Source: Podarcis tiliguerta
Lineage: Eukaryota
Length of the DNA: 64,000 nt
Assembly: GCA_965153285.1 (NCBI GenBank)
Contig: OZ229121.1
Strand: one strand, 5' to 3'
Below the pieces are notes generated by a model. That model made no database searches, was not told the origin of the DNA, and was given only the letters and a program-made list of their open reading frames with translations. Shown piece by piece: positions 37,801 through 49,553 of the stretch. The position numbers were made by a program, and so were the translations under genes. Within the stretch, counting starts at the first letter, position 1; the number at the start of each line of letters is the position of its first letter.

Positions 37801-38864
37801 GTACCCTTGTGCTACAAACCTCCTTCCTGCCCCAAATCAGAGTTCTTGTGTTAACAAAAACGGTAGGGGAAATGTACTGGACAGCGTTGGATAATAATTG
37901 CCATGTTGTACAACCTCCAGTAAAACAAATCAGAAAGAATACTCAATAAACAATCAGCATTATCTAACATCCTTGCAAACTCTGTGCAAACAAAATCAGG
38001 ATAAACCATCAATAAACCAGATGTCTGGGAGTTGATTATGGTTGGAAATGACGATGGAGTCAAGCTAATGGGCACCCAGGGTGCTTCTAGGTGGAGGCTT
38101 AATACTGCAAGCAGGTTGTTTGAACAGGTTGTTGGCAACATTTTTAAAAAATCAAATACCGTATAACTGATTTCTCCCAGAAAGAGTAAAACCAGATTAA
38201 AATGGGGAAAATGTGAGCTAGTAGTTTGATATCACCAGTTGCTTGCAATGTTATTCAGTATTACAAGAATATGGGTTTGTTTGAAGAAAATGAAATCAGG
38301 AAGAAATTAAACAGAGTAAGTTCCCCTCGTGGTTGGCGCAGCCATTCTAAGAACCCAGACCAGTAATTGTTTGATCAGCTAATTAATATATGTAGTATGA
38401 TTTTTAAAAAAAATAGAAACAACTTTGTCCCAAGTTAGTGCACAAATGACCAAGTACATTATTCAGTTGGATTTTCTTCTTGGGAAGAAGAGAATTATTA
38501 TTGCATTATAGTTATGAAACCACGTGTATGATGTGTGTATTAGGATAATAAGATTATACACATCTGTACACAATGTATGGAAATATAATTGAGCGGTTTT
38601 TTTTCTTTTTCATCCTCACTTTTTCTTTTGTCACTCTCTTTTATATAAATGAAATTATTCTAATAAAATATACAGTAATAAAATGAAACAATTTCCCACG
38701 GGGGGGGGCATAAGAGATCCTGTGGCCCTTCAGATGCGATTGGGGCTTGCAAATCTTATCCTCCCCGACTACTGCATCTCCTGGCACAGGCTGAGCGGAG
38801 TTGAAGTGCAACGGCGTTTAGTATCTATTTATTTTTTAATTAAAAAAAACATGCACAGAGCAGC

Positions 38865-39415
38865 AAGCGCTGCATGGGATTGCAAGAGCCCCGCTTGCTG
38901 GTTGCACCGCGGCGACCACCTCCTCCGGTCAGCGGGTCTCTTCCACAAGCCGCAAACGAATTAACCCTCGACAAGTCACACACCCCGCCCGGGTCTGCGG
39001 AGCAAAATGGTTCTCCTCGTGCGTCCTCGGCTGCAAAATAGCAGCAGGAGCAGCAGCGGCAAGCGCGAGCCCGCCAGCTCCCGTTGCCATGGGAGCCGCG
39101 CGGCGGGAGTCCCTGGAGAGCCCCGCTTTCCTGCCTCAGCTTTGACCGGCGCCAGGGGGGGAAAGGAGCTGCATAGCCTTGCGCCAGAGCAGGCGAAGGA
39201 GGAGCTACCTGCAACGCTGGGCGAAATCCCACAGCGGGCAGCGCTGCGTCCGTCTGTCCTTGCCGGAAGAAGGAGTCGTCGTCTGGGGGTACCTCGAAGG
39301 CCTAACAGTTTTATGGGGCCGGAGAGCTTTCCTGGGTTGCCCGAGACCCCATCGCTGAGGTGGCGGGTGGCGTCTTGCTCCTCCTAAAATGGCCGACCTC
39401 TTTGGAATCCGCTTG
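38865..39415. promoter_or_regulatory. Orphan CpG island
   Basis: About 550 bp of GC-rich, CpG-dense, non-repeat sequence in an otherwise CpG-depleted window. GC box at 38983-38990, X-box-like site at 39083-39096, YY1-type aaaatggccg at 39386-39395. Confidence 0.75.
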
Positions 39416-39485
39416 CATTGATAAAAGGTCACCTGTGATTTTTAGAATTAATCTCGCAAATACCAGTGTGCCATAGCCATTAGAG

Positions 39486-40075
39486 CAGTGGTTTCCAACC
39501 TGTTTTTGGCCATGCCCCACTTAAAAAGGTAAAGGGCCCCCTGACCATTAGGTCCAGTCGTGGCCGACTTGGGTTGCGGCGCTCATCTCGCTTTATCGGC
39601 CGAGGGAGCCGGCGTACAGCTTCTGGTCATGTGGCCAGCATGACTAAGCCGCTTCTGGCAAACCAGAGCAGCGCACGGAAACGCCGTTTACCTTACCGCC
39701 TGAGCGGTACCTATTTATCTACTTGCACTTTGACGTGCTTTCAAACTGCTAGGTTGGCAGGAGCAGGGACCGAGCAACGGGAGCTCATCCCGTCGCGGGG
39801 ATTCGAACCGCTGACCTTCTGATTGGCTAGTCCTAGGCTCTGTGGTTTAACCCACAGCGCCACCCGGGTCCCTATGCCCCACTTAAGCATCTCTAAAATC
39901 CTGATGCCCCCCCCCCCGCTCCCGTGACATATAATTAATATTCAAAAAGTGAACTCCTATTCATGTGAAGGAAGCCTAAAAGGCCATTAACTTGGTCTAA
40001 CTCTTTCTCAAATTGCCCCCCTTAAAAATCAAATTGCCCCCCTGTAGGGCACGTGCCCCACCTTGGGAACTACGG
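39486..40075. mobile_element. hAT MITE interrupted by a Sauria SINE
   Basis: Ends cagtggtttccaacc / ttgggaactacgg; 8-bp flanks cattagag / ggttagag. Confidence 0.7.
39525..39872 (-). mobile_element. Sauria SINE, full length, CpG-rich
   Basis: TSD atgccccacttaa at 39512-39524 and 39874-39886. Confidence 0.92.
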
Positions 40076-40240
40076 GGTTAGAGTGTTGGACTATGACCTG
40101 GGAGACCTGGGTTTGAATCCCCACTAGGCCATGGAGCTCACCGTCACTGCCTCTCAGCCTAGCCTACCTCTCAGGGTTGTTGTGAGGATTAAATGAGGGC
40201 AAGGAGAACAACATGCACCACCCTGAGCTCCTTGGAGAAG
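40076..40240 (+). mobile_element. Older tRNA-derived SINE (Squam3/MIR-like); its 5' tip lies at about 39463-39485
   Basis: ggttagagtgttggactatgacctgggagacctgggtttgaatcccc...cctacctctcagggttgttgtgaggattaaat; the 5' tip ccagtgtgccatag lies on the other side of the hAT insertion. Confidence 0.7.
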
Positions 40241-41504
40241 CTCCTGTGATTCAGGATAAGTGGGTGGCACCAGAATCTGCTCTCTAGGAACACACACTCT
40301 TGGGCCAAGGGTTCGGTGCTTGTTTGAACACAACATGGTGTTTGGGCTTCAAAAGGAAGCTCTGGCATTATTCACCTTGGCCTTTCCCCCTCTGAAACCT
40401 TGCATGGTTTGCTGGGAATACATTTCAACAATCGGGATTCATCCTGTGGCTATGTAGCTTAAGTTACACACAAAGGGGAGGTGGGGGAGAAAAACTTCAC
40501 ACGTTTTGTTTCTAAGATTCAAATCAGTGATGGCGAACCTGTGGCCCAGACCATTGGCCATGCTGGCTGGGGCTGATGGACAGGGAGGGGCAGACTTTGG
40601 TAATACGGTTCCTGAGCGAGGACGAAGTTTGCCCTAGCAATACCTCTTAGTTTCACAGTTACAGGTAGGTAGCCGTGTTGGTCTGCTGTAGTCGAAACAA
40701 AATTTAAAAATCCTTCCAGTAACACCTAAGGTACTACTGGAAGGAATTTTAAAATCTTATTTTCACATTAATTCCTTTGGGAATTACAGTTTTTTTAATG
40801 GATCTTCTCAGTAGGTATCTGTATAAATATAGGTGTTCTTATTTTGCACCCCCTCAGCTTGGCACATTGTGCAGGGGAATTGTCTGCACCATACTAAATC
40901 TGGCACCGTGGTGAAGGCCGCAGTCCAACAACATCTGGAGGGCCACAGGCTCCCCGTCCCCAATTTAAATGATGACCAGCTTGCAAGCTGCCCCTTGCTT
41001 TGAAAAGCTTTAGAAGAAACAGATGTGCAGTGTAGAAACTGAGCTTACCTTGAGTCAGGATGGCTTGCGCTGATGCATCTCATAAGCCGCCTAGCCAGAA
41101 AATAAGAGTGCAAAATGTACTGTAGGAAGAGAAGCCTTTCTCTTGCTCTTATTTCACTTGTTCTCCTGCATATGCCAATCTAACAGTACATACCATACTG
41201 ACTCCCTCCGTGATTCCACCTTTTCACATATGCAAGTAATCAACTTGATTACTCAGGACTTGAGAACTTGCAGCTGACCGTGCGCGATTTGTGGCTCATT
41301 AATAGACACAACTTGTCACTTGATGCTGCGGTTATCAAGTGATGAATACACAGGTGTGAACCAACTTTGCACTAGTATATCTAACAAACCCCAAACACTT
41401 ATTTTTTAAAACAAATAAATAAATAATATTCATATTTAATTCAGTTATATGACTTTTAACATATTAGATGGTTTTTTAAAGGTTATACCTGGTTGTACCC
41501 TTAG

Positions 41505-41862
41505 GTCAACCTTTCTCAGCCTGGTGCCCTCCAGATGTTTTGGACTACAATTCCCATCAGCCCCCAGTCAGCAAGGCCAATGATAGGAGCTGTAGTGCAG
41601 ACCATGTGGAGGGCACCAGGATATGTTGCTGTAGCCAACATGGTGCCTTCCATATATTATTAGACTACAACTCCCATCACCCCTGATCATTGTGTCAACT
41701 GGCTGGGGATGGTGAGAATTGTAGTCCCTTCAACAACAGCCCAGGGTTGAAGACCAAATGTCTAGATGTTGTTGAACTACAATTCCCATCATCCATGACC
41801 GTTAAGCTATACTGTGGCTGATGAGAGCTGGAATCCAATAGCTTCTGGAGCGCCACAGGTGC
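41505..41862. repeat. Cluster of 3-4 adjacent short MITE-like units (tccagatgtt..ggactacaactcccatca family)
   Basis: gactacaa(t/c)tcccatca-like motif at about 41543, 41663 and 41776. Single copies at about 4850-4990, 6870-6980 and 53460-53552. Confidence 0.7.
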
Positions 41863-42401
41863 CCCCCTCCCCCCTCCCCCATTTTTTTAAATGGAAATGC
41901 TGGGAAGAATTACAAATCTGACTTGCTTTTGGCTGTGACCCCATCCTCTCTTTCTCATAGGTACACACATATTTTAAGAAGCTGGCCTAAAGCCAAACTC
42001 CCTTCTAAGATACTGCAGTATAAGTTGCTACCTTATTTCACAAATTGTATTTGGAGGTAGAGTTTAAGGTCTCTCTGAGGGACAAATCCAGGATCTCCCA
42101 GATATTACTTTCCCCCATTGCTAACTCCTGCTGCAGTCATTCTGTGAGGTGCTGATGAAACAGCGTATGAAGTAATAAAGAAGACAGGGTACCAGCGTTC
42201 TATCCCTGTTTTGTCCTAGCAGTCCATGCAATTGAGAGGCTGCTGTTTCGCCCCCGGTGGGGCCAGTTTGTTAGGGTTGGCGGATAGCACACTTCCTGAG
42301 CACAGTTTTCTGGACTTCTCCAGTTGTCTTGTGCCATCAGTGCGTCTACTAGTGCTAACTGATAAGAATCCAAACGGAATCTTAGCAGAATCAACATAAT
42401 A

Positions 42402-42635
42402 CAGTGGTATCTCAGGTTACATACGCTTCAGGTTACAGACTCCGCTAACCCAGAAATAGTACCTCGGGCTAAGAACTTTGCTTCAGGATGAGAACAGAAA
42501 TCGTGCTCTGGTGGCGCGGCAGCAGCAGGAGGCCCCATTAGCTTCAGGTGGTGCTTCAGGTTAAGAACAGTTTCAGGTTTCAGGTTAAGTACAGACCTCC
42601 GGAATGAATTAAGTACTTAACCCGAGGTACCACTG
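42402..42635 (+). mobile_element. MITE family A
   Basis: TA|cagtggtatctcagg ... gaggtaccactg|TA. Confidence 0.9.
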
Positions 42636-42804
42636 TACAGTTCTAGGTGTTCAACTGAATACAAAGTAAATATAAATTCTCCCACTACAAACAAAGAATC
42701 AATTTTGATGCAAAAGTTCCTAATTATGTACTTACATATCTTTGAAGAGACAATTTCTTGGCTTAAGCATACAAGACTGAATAGCAAGGTAGCCCTGTTT
42801 GATT

Positions 42805-42807
<3 letters not shown>

Positions 42808-42837
<30 letters not shown>

Positions 42838-42842
42838 TAGAT

Positions 42843-42873
<31 letters not shown>

Positions 42874-42890
42874 TATGTATGTATGTATAA
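42808..42890. repeat. (TA)n(GATA)n(TATG)n compound microsatellite
   Basis: Direct reading. Confidence 0.95.
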
Positions 42891-43642
42891 TGTATACACA
42901 CATTCTCTCATTATAGGCTTTTCAATAGGTGTTTTACATTAGTAGAGAGGTGAGGTGGTGGAGTAGAGGATAGACATGATACTATTAGTACTTACATCTC
43001 ATACATTTCACATCCAGACACACATTTCAATACCCATTGCTGTAATTAAATGAAAACTGAAAGATCAAATTCGGAATTTAATCCTACTGGCTGTAATGTT
43101 TTAAATAAAAATATTAATCGTGCTTCTTGTTGTTTTAATATTTTCTTGATGTCCTGTTTGATATATTTTCTAGGAACGAATTGGCTCCTTGTCATAGGAC
43201 CTCCCTGCAAACAGATCAGAACAAACGCTCAATAAAGGCTAGATACAATCTTAATTGCGTAAATGTCCTGCAAGCAAGTCAGGAGGAATCCTCAGTAAAC
43301 AGAAGGAGTCCTAAGAAGGGAGAGCAAGTGTGGCCTTGGAAGTTTCCCGTCAACACCACCTAGACAGATGAGCAGGCACACAGATTCACAGCTGTCCTCA
43401 CTGTGGGTAAGATGTGTTTCTTTTGAAATCATAGCAGTTCTTTCTAAGTTTCTGTGTCTCTGTGTGTGACGCACATGCACATTCTATGCAAATTATTTCC
43501 TTTTGATTATGCATTTCCTCTTTTTTAAAAGCGATTCATAAGTAGTGATCCTATGAGTTTGCTGTAAGAGCTGTAATCAGTTTGGGTCATAAATAAATTA
43601 GACACACAATAAATGTGTTAGTCTTTAAAATGACTGAAGACT

Positions 43643-43820
43643 CTGTTCAACAGGAAAACAATCTCCCTTGGGAGGTGGTGGACTCTCCTTCCATGGCGGT
43701 TTTTAAGCATAGCTTGGATTGCCATCTGTCATGGATGCTTTAGCTGAGATTCCTGCATTGCCGGGGATGGACTAGATGACCCTTGGAGGCCCTTCCATCC
43801 CTACAATTCTAGGATTCTAT
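43643..43820 (+). mobile_element. CR1 LINE 3' end
   Basis: ORF2-terminal ggaggtggtggactctccttcc..gtttttaagca..gcttggat..ccatctgtc, then gattcctgcattg...ggactagatgaccctt...cccttcca...(attcta)n, the typical CR1 terminal repeat. Confidence 0.85.
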
Positions 43821-45971
43821 TACTTTTATTGGTTGCTGTGTTGCTCTAGCATTGCTTTAAAGCACTGGTAAAATTTTGTCCATAGATTACATAATAGCCC
43901 ATTATTCTATGTAAATCATAATTAAAAGAGTGGCTGGAAGTGCCTTGGGACATTTCGATCCTGTTGTCAGCCGCAATCCCTTTTGAGTAGCTTGTGAAAA
44001 GAGGCACAAGCTCTTAGAACAGAAACCACCAAAAAGAGCTTATTCAAGGAATTGACCTAATTGCAATAAAAATCATAATGCGAAGCTCTGCACAGTTGTT
44101 TGCAGAATCAGATTCTGTTGGTTAAAAATACAAAATCAGATAAAATTGTATTTACCATTCACATTTAGCTTAGTTATGTTGACCATTAAAATTGCCAATT
44201 TGCTCACAATCTAGTGTAAATTTGACCGCGGCACTGAAACATTTGTTCAAGAGATTAAATGCTTACCTTGTCTTATACAATTCTGTGAAAGGCAAAATAC
44301 GGTGATGAAATTAGCTATACATAAAGAAAGCTGCCGAGTTTCTGTTTCTTTATGGATTACGCGCAAGGAACTTTTGGGGAAGTGTCCAGTTCTTCTAAAT
44401 GCTAATATAATTGTTCACTTTCAGAAGGAAATTGGCAGTGAATAAATTGTTTTAAGGCTGTCACGTGTGATTTTCCTCCATGGAGGAAATTATACTAGCA
44501 GCTGAAAGAATAAACTGTTAAAATAAAAACACAGCACCATTAGTGTGCATATCCCATAATATACCGTTTTACTTGAAGCACTGATCATATGCTAGGCTAT
44601 TTTAATTTCCTCGCCTCCAGATTTGCCATAGAAGCGCTAGAAAACTTTATGGCTTGGTAAACCAAATTCACAAGGTTATATGCCACTCCAGTCTCTGATC
44701 GAGTGTCCCCATGAGTTGGCAGCACCTACCCAGGGTTTGTGTTTCCTTCAGATATTAGGTGCAGTGGAGACTGTAGTGTCTTTATGGAATATCATTTATT
44801 TACACATATATACAACCTGAGTCTACAGTGGAAGGATTTCCAGCATTCACTTCTCAAGATGATTCTTTGCTCCTCTCTTCGGAGCAGTAGGATTAGGTCT
44901 ACAGACAGAAGAACCAACCATACCGCCTGTCCCTTTGTTACAGCTTGCTCTAGCCAGCCTGCCAAGAGTTCTGTCGGCCCCACTTCTCCCTCGCCTTTCA
45001 ATCTACTTGCAAAACACCACGATTTCCCTTCATCCTCTGTAGTCCAAACTGAAACCCAAAAGCCTTTCTTTTCGCCACCCACTAACACACACAGCTGGAG
45101 TTGGAGCCCCTCTGTGAGAGAGCTAGTTCATGACATCCTCCCTGTCTGGCAGTCTTGTCCTCTGGTGGTTTCACTGGCCCTCCGATGGTTTCACTGGCCT
45201 TCTTTGTCCCCTGTTAATGACTATGCCAAGCTGGTCTGGGTTGTTAGCATAATGTAAATCCAGGGGTTTTCAGTATTTGGCACAGATTACTCAAATGTTA
45301 GTTAATTCTAATGTTTACTAAATCCAGGAATTATGGGGAGTCTGTCCTCACACTCAAACTCATAGCAGTAGGATGATGAAGACAGCATTTTTAGAAGCAA
45401 ATTCTGAAAAAAGAATGCACTTGTATCTGATTGGTGACTCCTGCAAATGCCTTTTTGGTGTGGCTGTGACTTGTAATTGCCTCTCGCCTGATGTCATATT
45501 ATTACATCAAGTTTAGGGCAGTGTGTGTGGTTTGGCCAAAACAGCCTCTTTGGCCAAGTGGAGGCCTGGTGGATTTAATTAAGCCATGGGCTGGAGCTTC
45601 TTGAGAGTTGTTGTGCTTGGTTCCTGTAGGAATCTGGTTGGCCACTGTAAGAACAGGATGCTGGACTGGACGGACAACTGACCTGATCCATCAGGCTCAT
45701 CTTATGTTGCCAGCTACTAGTATATGTGGTAGAAATTTCTCTCAGTGTAAACCTTTGGGTTCCAGTTGTTTGGCCTAATATCATACATAACCCACCACTC
45801 CAGAATTTCAATTTGTTCATTGTCTTTATTTCCAGATAATCAAAACCAAACTTTTGCTTAAAACATTTAGTAATCTTCATGCTTGCAGCAGCACAAAATT
45901 GGACATTGGTATCTGGCTGCAGGGTTAGTGATTGAATCAGCAATATTTGGCAGATTGTAGTAGCTGAAACA

Positions 45972-46336
45972 AGGGACGCGGGTGGCGCTGTGGGTTAAAG
46001 CCTCAGCGCCTAGGGCTTGCTGATCGAAAGGTCGGCGGTTCGAATCCCCGCGGCGGGGTGCGCTCCCGTTGTTCGGTCCCAGCGTCTGCCAACCTAGCAG
46101 TTCGAAAGCACTCTCGGGTGCAAGTAGATAAATAGGGACCGCTTACTAGCGGGAAGGTAAACGGCGTTTCCGTGTGCGGATCTGGCTCGCCAGAGCAGCG
46201 TTGTCACGCTGGCCACGTGACCCGGAAGTGTCTTCGGACAGCGCCAGCCCCCGGCCTCTTTCAGTGAGATGGGCGCACAACCCTAGAGTCTGTCAAGACT
46301 GGCCCGTATGGGCAGGGTACCTTTACCTTTACCTTT
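45972..46336 (+). mobile_element. Sauria SINE, young divergent subfamily, perfect 14-bp TSD
   Basis: TSD tagtagctgaaaca at 45958-45971 and 46337-46350; CpGs intact; the 3' body differs from the other copies. Confidence 0.92.
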
Positions 46337-47387
46337 TAGTAGCTGAAACAGAGACAGTTTCCTGGATTCAGAGTTTCCATTCATCACAAATATGAATGGT
46401 GGGTCAACCAGACATCAGCCATTGATTTCATACACTTCCTTATGGTACATGCACAAGGTTGACTGTACTGGTGACAAACTGCTGTTCCTTTATGAATCTA
46501 TGTTTTTATATTCAAAACTTATTTTTTTAAAAAGGTGTGTGGGCCCCAGGTGGGTGGAGGGCAGGGGGAGGGGGGAGAGAAGGTTCCTGTACCTTTAATA
46601 GTTGCATAGTTCCCACCCATGTGCCTTGTTTTGCACCTGTGGAAAATCCCTCTTATGCACAGCTGCTAAGATGCAGGAGCCCTGCCTTCCTGTGCATCTG
46701 GTCAGCCTACCTTGTAGTAGTGCTCAGGTCCTTGGGGAGGTAAGTGTGAGAGTGTGTGTTTCAGGAGTGAGGGGAAGAAAAAAAGGGGGTTGCTTGTCCA
46801 ATACTTGTCTTCTCTGGCTGTATAATAGATATTTACAGTACTATCCTATGAATTTTTACTCACGTCCCATTGTGTTCGCTGGAGCTTATTGCCCAATAAA
46901 CATGTTTAGAATTGTTACCTTTTGAATGGAAGGCTGCCTGAGCAGGATTTTTGTTGGGGGGGCGGGGAGAAGGCTTTTTTAAGGGGGTAGGCTTTTGTTG
47001 GGGAGGAGGGGCAGAACCTCAGATTTGTCTTGATTCTTATTGATGTTATATTCTCCTCTGGCCCCGCCCATGTGCCTGAGTATATTATAATTAAATAAGA
47101 ATGGGGGCATGCAGTTCTGGAAATTATAAAGGCATATCCTCCTCCTAATTTCTCCCTTGCTCTAGGATATTTATTATAAGACATCAGGGTCTTAAGTAGG
47201 TTAGTTCTCTCTCTTTCCCTGCCCTCCACTTTTCTTTTCAGCCTTTGACACCCAAACACTCAGTGTCTCAAATAGGCACAAAGTTGGATTAGTAAATTCA
47301 CACTCTTCCTGACCTCTGGTTCCTTAGACCTTGCCCCTCCCTACTCCACTCTGCAGGCTCATCTGCCATTAACATATTGTCACCAGC

Positions 47388-47600
47388 TGGCTTTAAAAGA
47401 TGATTGGACAAATTCATGGAGGCTGTCAGTGCCTGCTAGTTATGATGGCTGTGCTCTGCCTTTGCAGCTGCAGACAGTAATACTTCTGAACAGCAGTTGC
47501 TGGGGATCTATGGAGGGGAGAGAGCTCTTCTGCTGGCTTGCAGGCTTCCCAGAGGCATCTGGTGGCTACTGTGAGAACAGGATGTTGGACTAGTTAGGTT
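47388..47600 (+). mobile_element. CR1-type LINE 3' fragment (old)
   Basis: tggctttaaaagatgattggacaaattcatggagg...gtgagaacaggatgttggactag; same type as 60950-61209 and 45600-45710. Confidence 0.65.
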
Positions 47601-49348
47601 CATATTATATAAGTTTTCAGGTTCCCTTTAGGCAATTTTGTTTTCCATCTTATTCACAAACTTAAGCACTTCTGTGAGTATGCAGAAGTCACTACCTTGT
47701 TTTGGGGTGCTTCCAATTTTGTTCCAATTTGATAGGCACTCAACCACATATTAGAGGGGTATTACATGATCTCATGTGGTTTTAATTTAATAACAAAAAT
47801 GGCACTGAAAATTCAACTGAAATGAAGTCCCATAATTTTCTATTTCAATAGAACTCTCTTTTATGCACACAATGTTGTATTGTTTTAATTCAAAATATTA
47901 TTTGCACAATCTCAGTTTGTAAAGACTGGAGCAGCAAAGAAGCTTCAGCATCAGGAGATATTTTGGAACCTGAAGTAGCCTCTAAATTCTCATGAAAATC
48001 AATGCAGTTACAATGGGATATTATTTGATCACTTTGAAAGTGCAGTGCTGCCATCAGGAAGATGAGTTATTGTTTGTCCCTGTGGCCTGCCGTTTCCAAA
48101 TCTGTTCCTTGATTTTCTGTTTCATAGAGGATGTACAAATGATTGCATCATGTTGATTAAATGCCAGATTAATCTGTGTTTCATATATTTAATATAGCTG
48201 AAAAGGCATGAAGCTGATAAAATACTGGATATATTTGTGTCCTCCGTACAACATATTTTAAATCAGGGATTGGATTTGTCAGCTGCAGAGTTTTGCAGCG
48301 GGAGTGTTTATCCGGATCTAGATCTGAAGGCATGGGCTTTTGTCCAGCTTCTCTGTTAAGCATTTCTGTTGATGATATTTCATTGTCTTGAGTGTTTGGG
48401 GGCAGGTTTTTGTTGTTTGCCCAAATCTGTGGATGAAGTGTTGAACAAAAAGGAAGCAGCGGCAAAAAACAAAGCGCATCTTGATGGAGAACTGTGTTTG
48501 AACTCCCACAACTTCCGGTGTTTAGCCTATTAAAGGACTATTTAAGTCCTGGCAAACAGCTCATCATGTTTTATATTCTCTTGGATAGAGAATTCTTCTC
48601 CCTGGAGTCTAGTTTTCTATGTGCACTTAATCCCTCCCCCCCCCAGTATGGCAATTCCACCCCATCTAATGTCAAATTGTATGTCTTGGTGACTGTCTGT
48701 GGGCCATACCATTTGAGATAGTAGAGGGAATGTTGTCTGATTGAACACGACCCATACTTTTTAAAAAATGAAAATAAAATCTCCCCCCACATCACAAACT
48801 AAATGCCAGGGAGAAGGTATGACATACGGATCTTCTATGTATAGGACGCTTCCTTTCAAGAGTGGGGACTTATTTAAACGTGCAGTCTTCCACTTGCAGT
48901 ACTAAGTAAAGATAACTTGTATTATTTGCAGTATCTGTATTACCAAGTGATGATAACCTGCATTTCTGTTCGCCTGAACCAATCCCAGAGGCTCTTTCAG
49001 GTGCCACTTTCATTTTGGCACCTACAGCAATAGAAAAGAGGCCAAGTTCCCAAAAGGCTTACATTTTCTCTCTGCAGTGTCACATAATCAGCAGAGCAGA
49101 AGGCTGAGCAAGGTTTTATAAGGAGCTGGGTCCAGCATTCATGAGGGATGGGAAATAAAATTGATTCAGTTTGCCTTTAAAATTAAACCTACCTACATAA
49201 TTTGCACTTTCCAAAACAATATACAATGCAAAAACACAGCCATCCTTTGAAATTTTTGCTTTAATTTTGCAATGCAGTTCTCCGGCAAGTCATGTGTACA
49301 AAAATTTTAATACTGGGGTTAAACTGTACATGTAATGTGTATGTATTG

Positions 49349-49553
49349 GGGCTTATCAGCACTTCCTTTTGCCCTGCCACTTTCCCCCAGGAGAACCCAC
49401 GGTTTAGTACTGAATCGGAACAAATGGCAATGGGTTTTCCTTGGATTGCCATTTGTTCCGATTAAGCACTAAAGAGTGGGGTTTCCAGTGGTGGGGCAAA
49501 GGGAAAACTGCTTGGATCCCAGGCATAGGACAAGCAGGAATGTGGACGAGCCC
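49349..49553. mobile_element. PIF/Harbinger-like MITE inserted into an older repeat
   Basis: gggcttatcagcacttcc ... ggaatgtggacgagccc; 3-bp flanks ttg/tta. Confidence 0.65.

Noticed and set aside
39007-39387. 126-aa ORF and overlapping antisense ORFs in the CpG island
   Set aside because: Low-complexity Arg/Ser/Pro/Ala content expected from stop-poor GC-rich DNA; no recognisable domain or exon structure.
44739-45257. 172-aa ORF, and other long ORFs such as 23951-24502 and 57821-58330
   Set aside because: No recognisable homology; 23951-24502 runs through a microsatellite and 57821-58330 through TE fragments.
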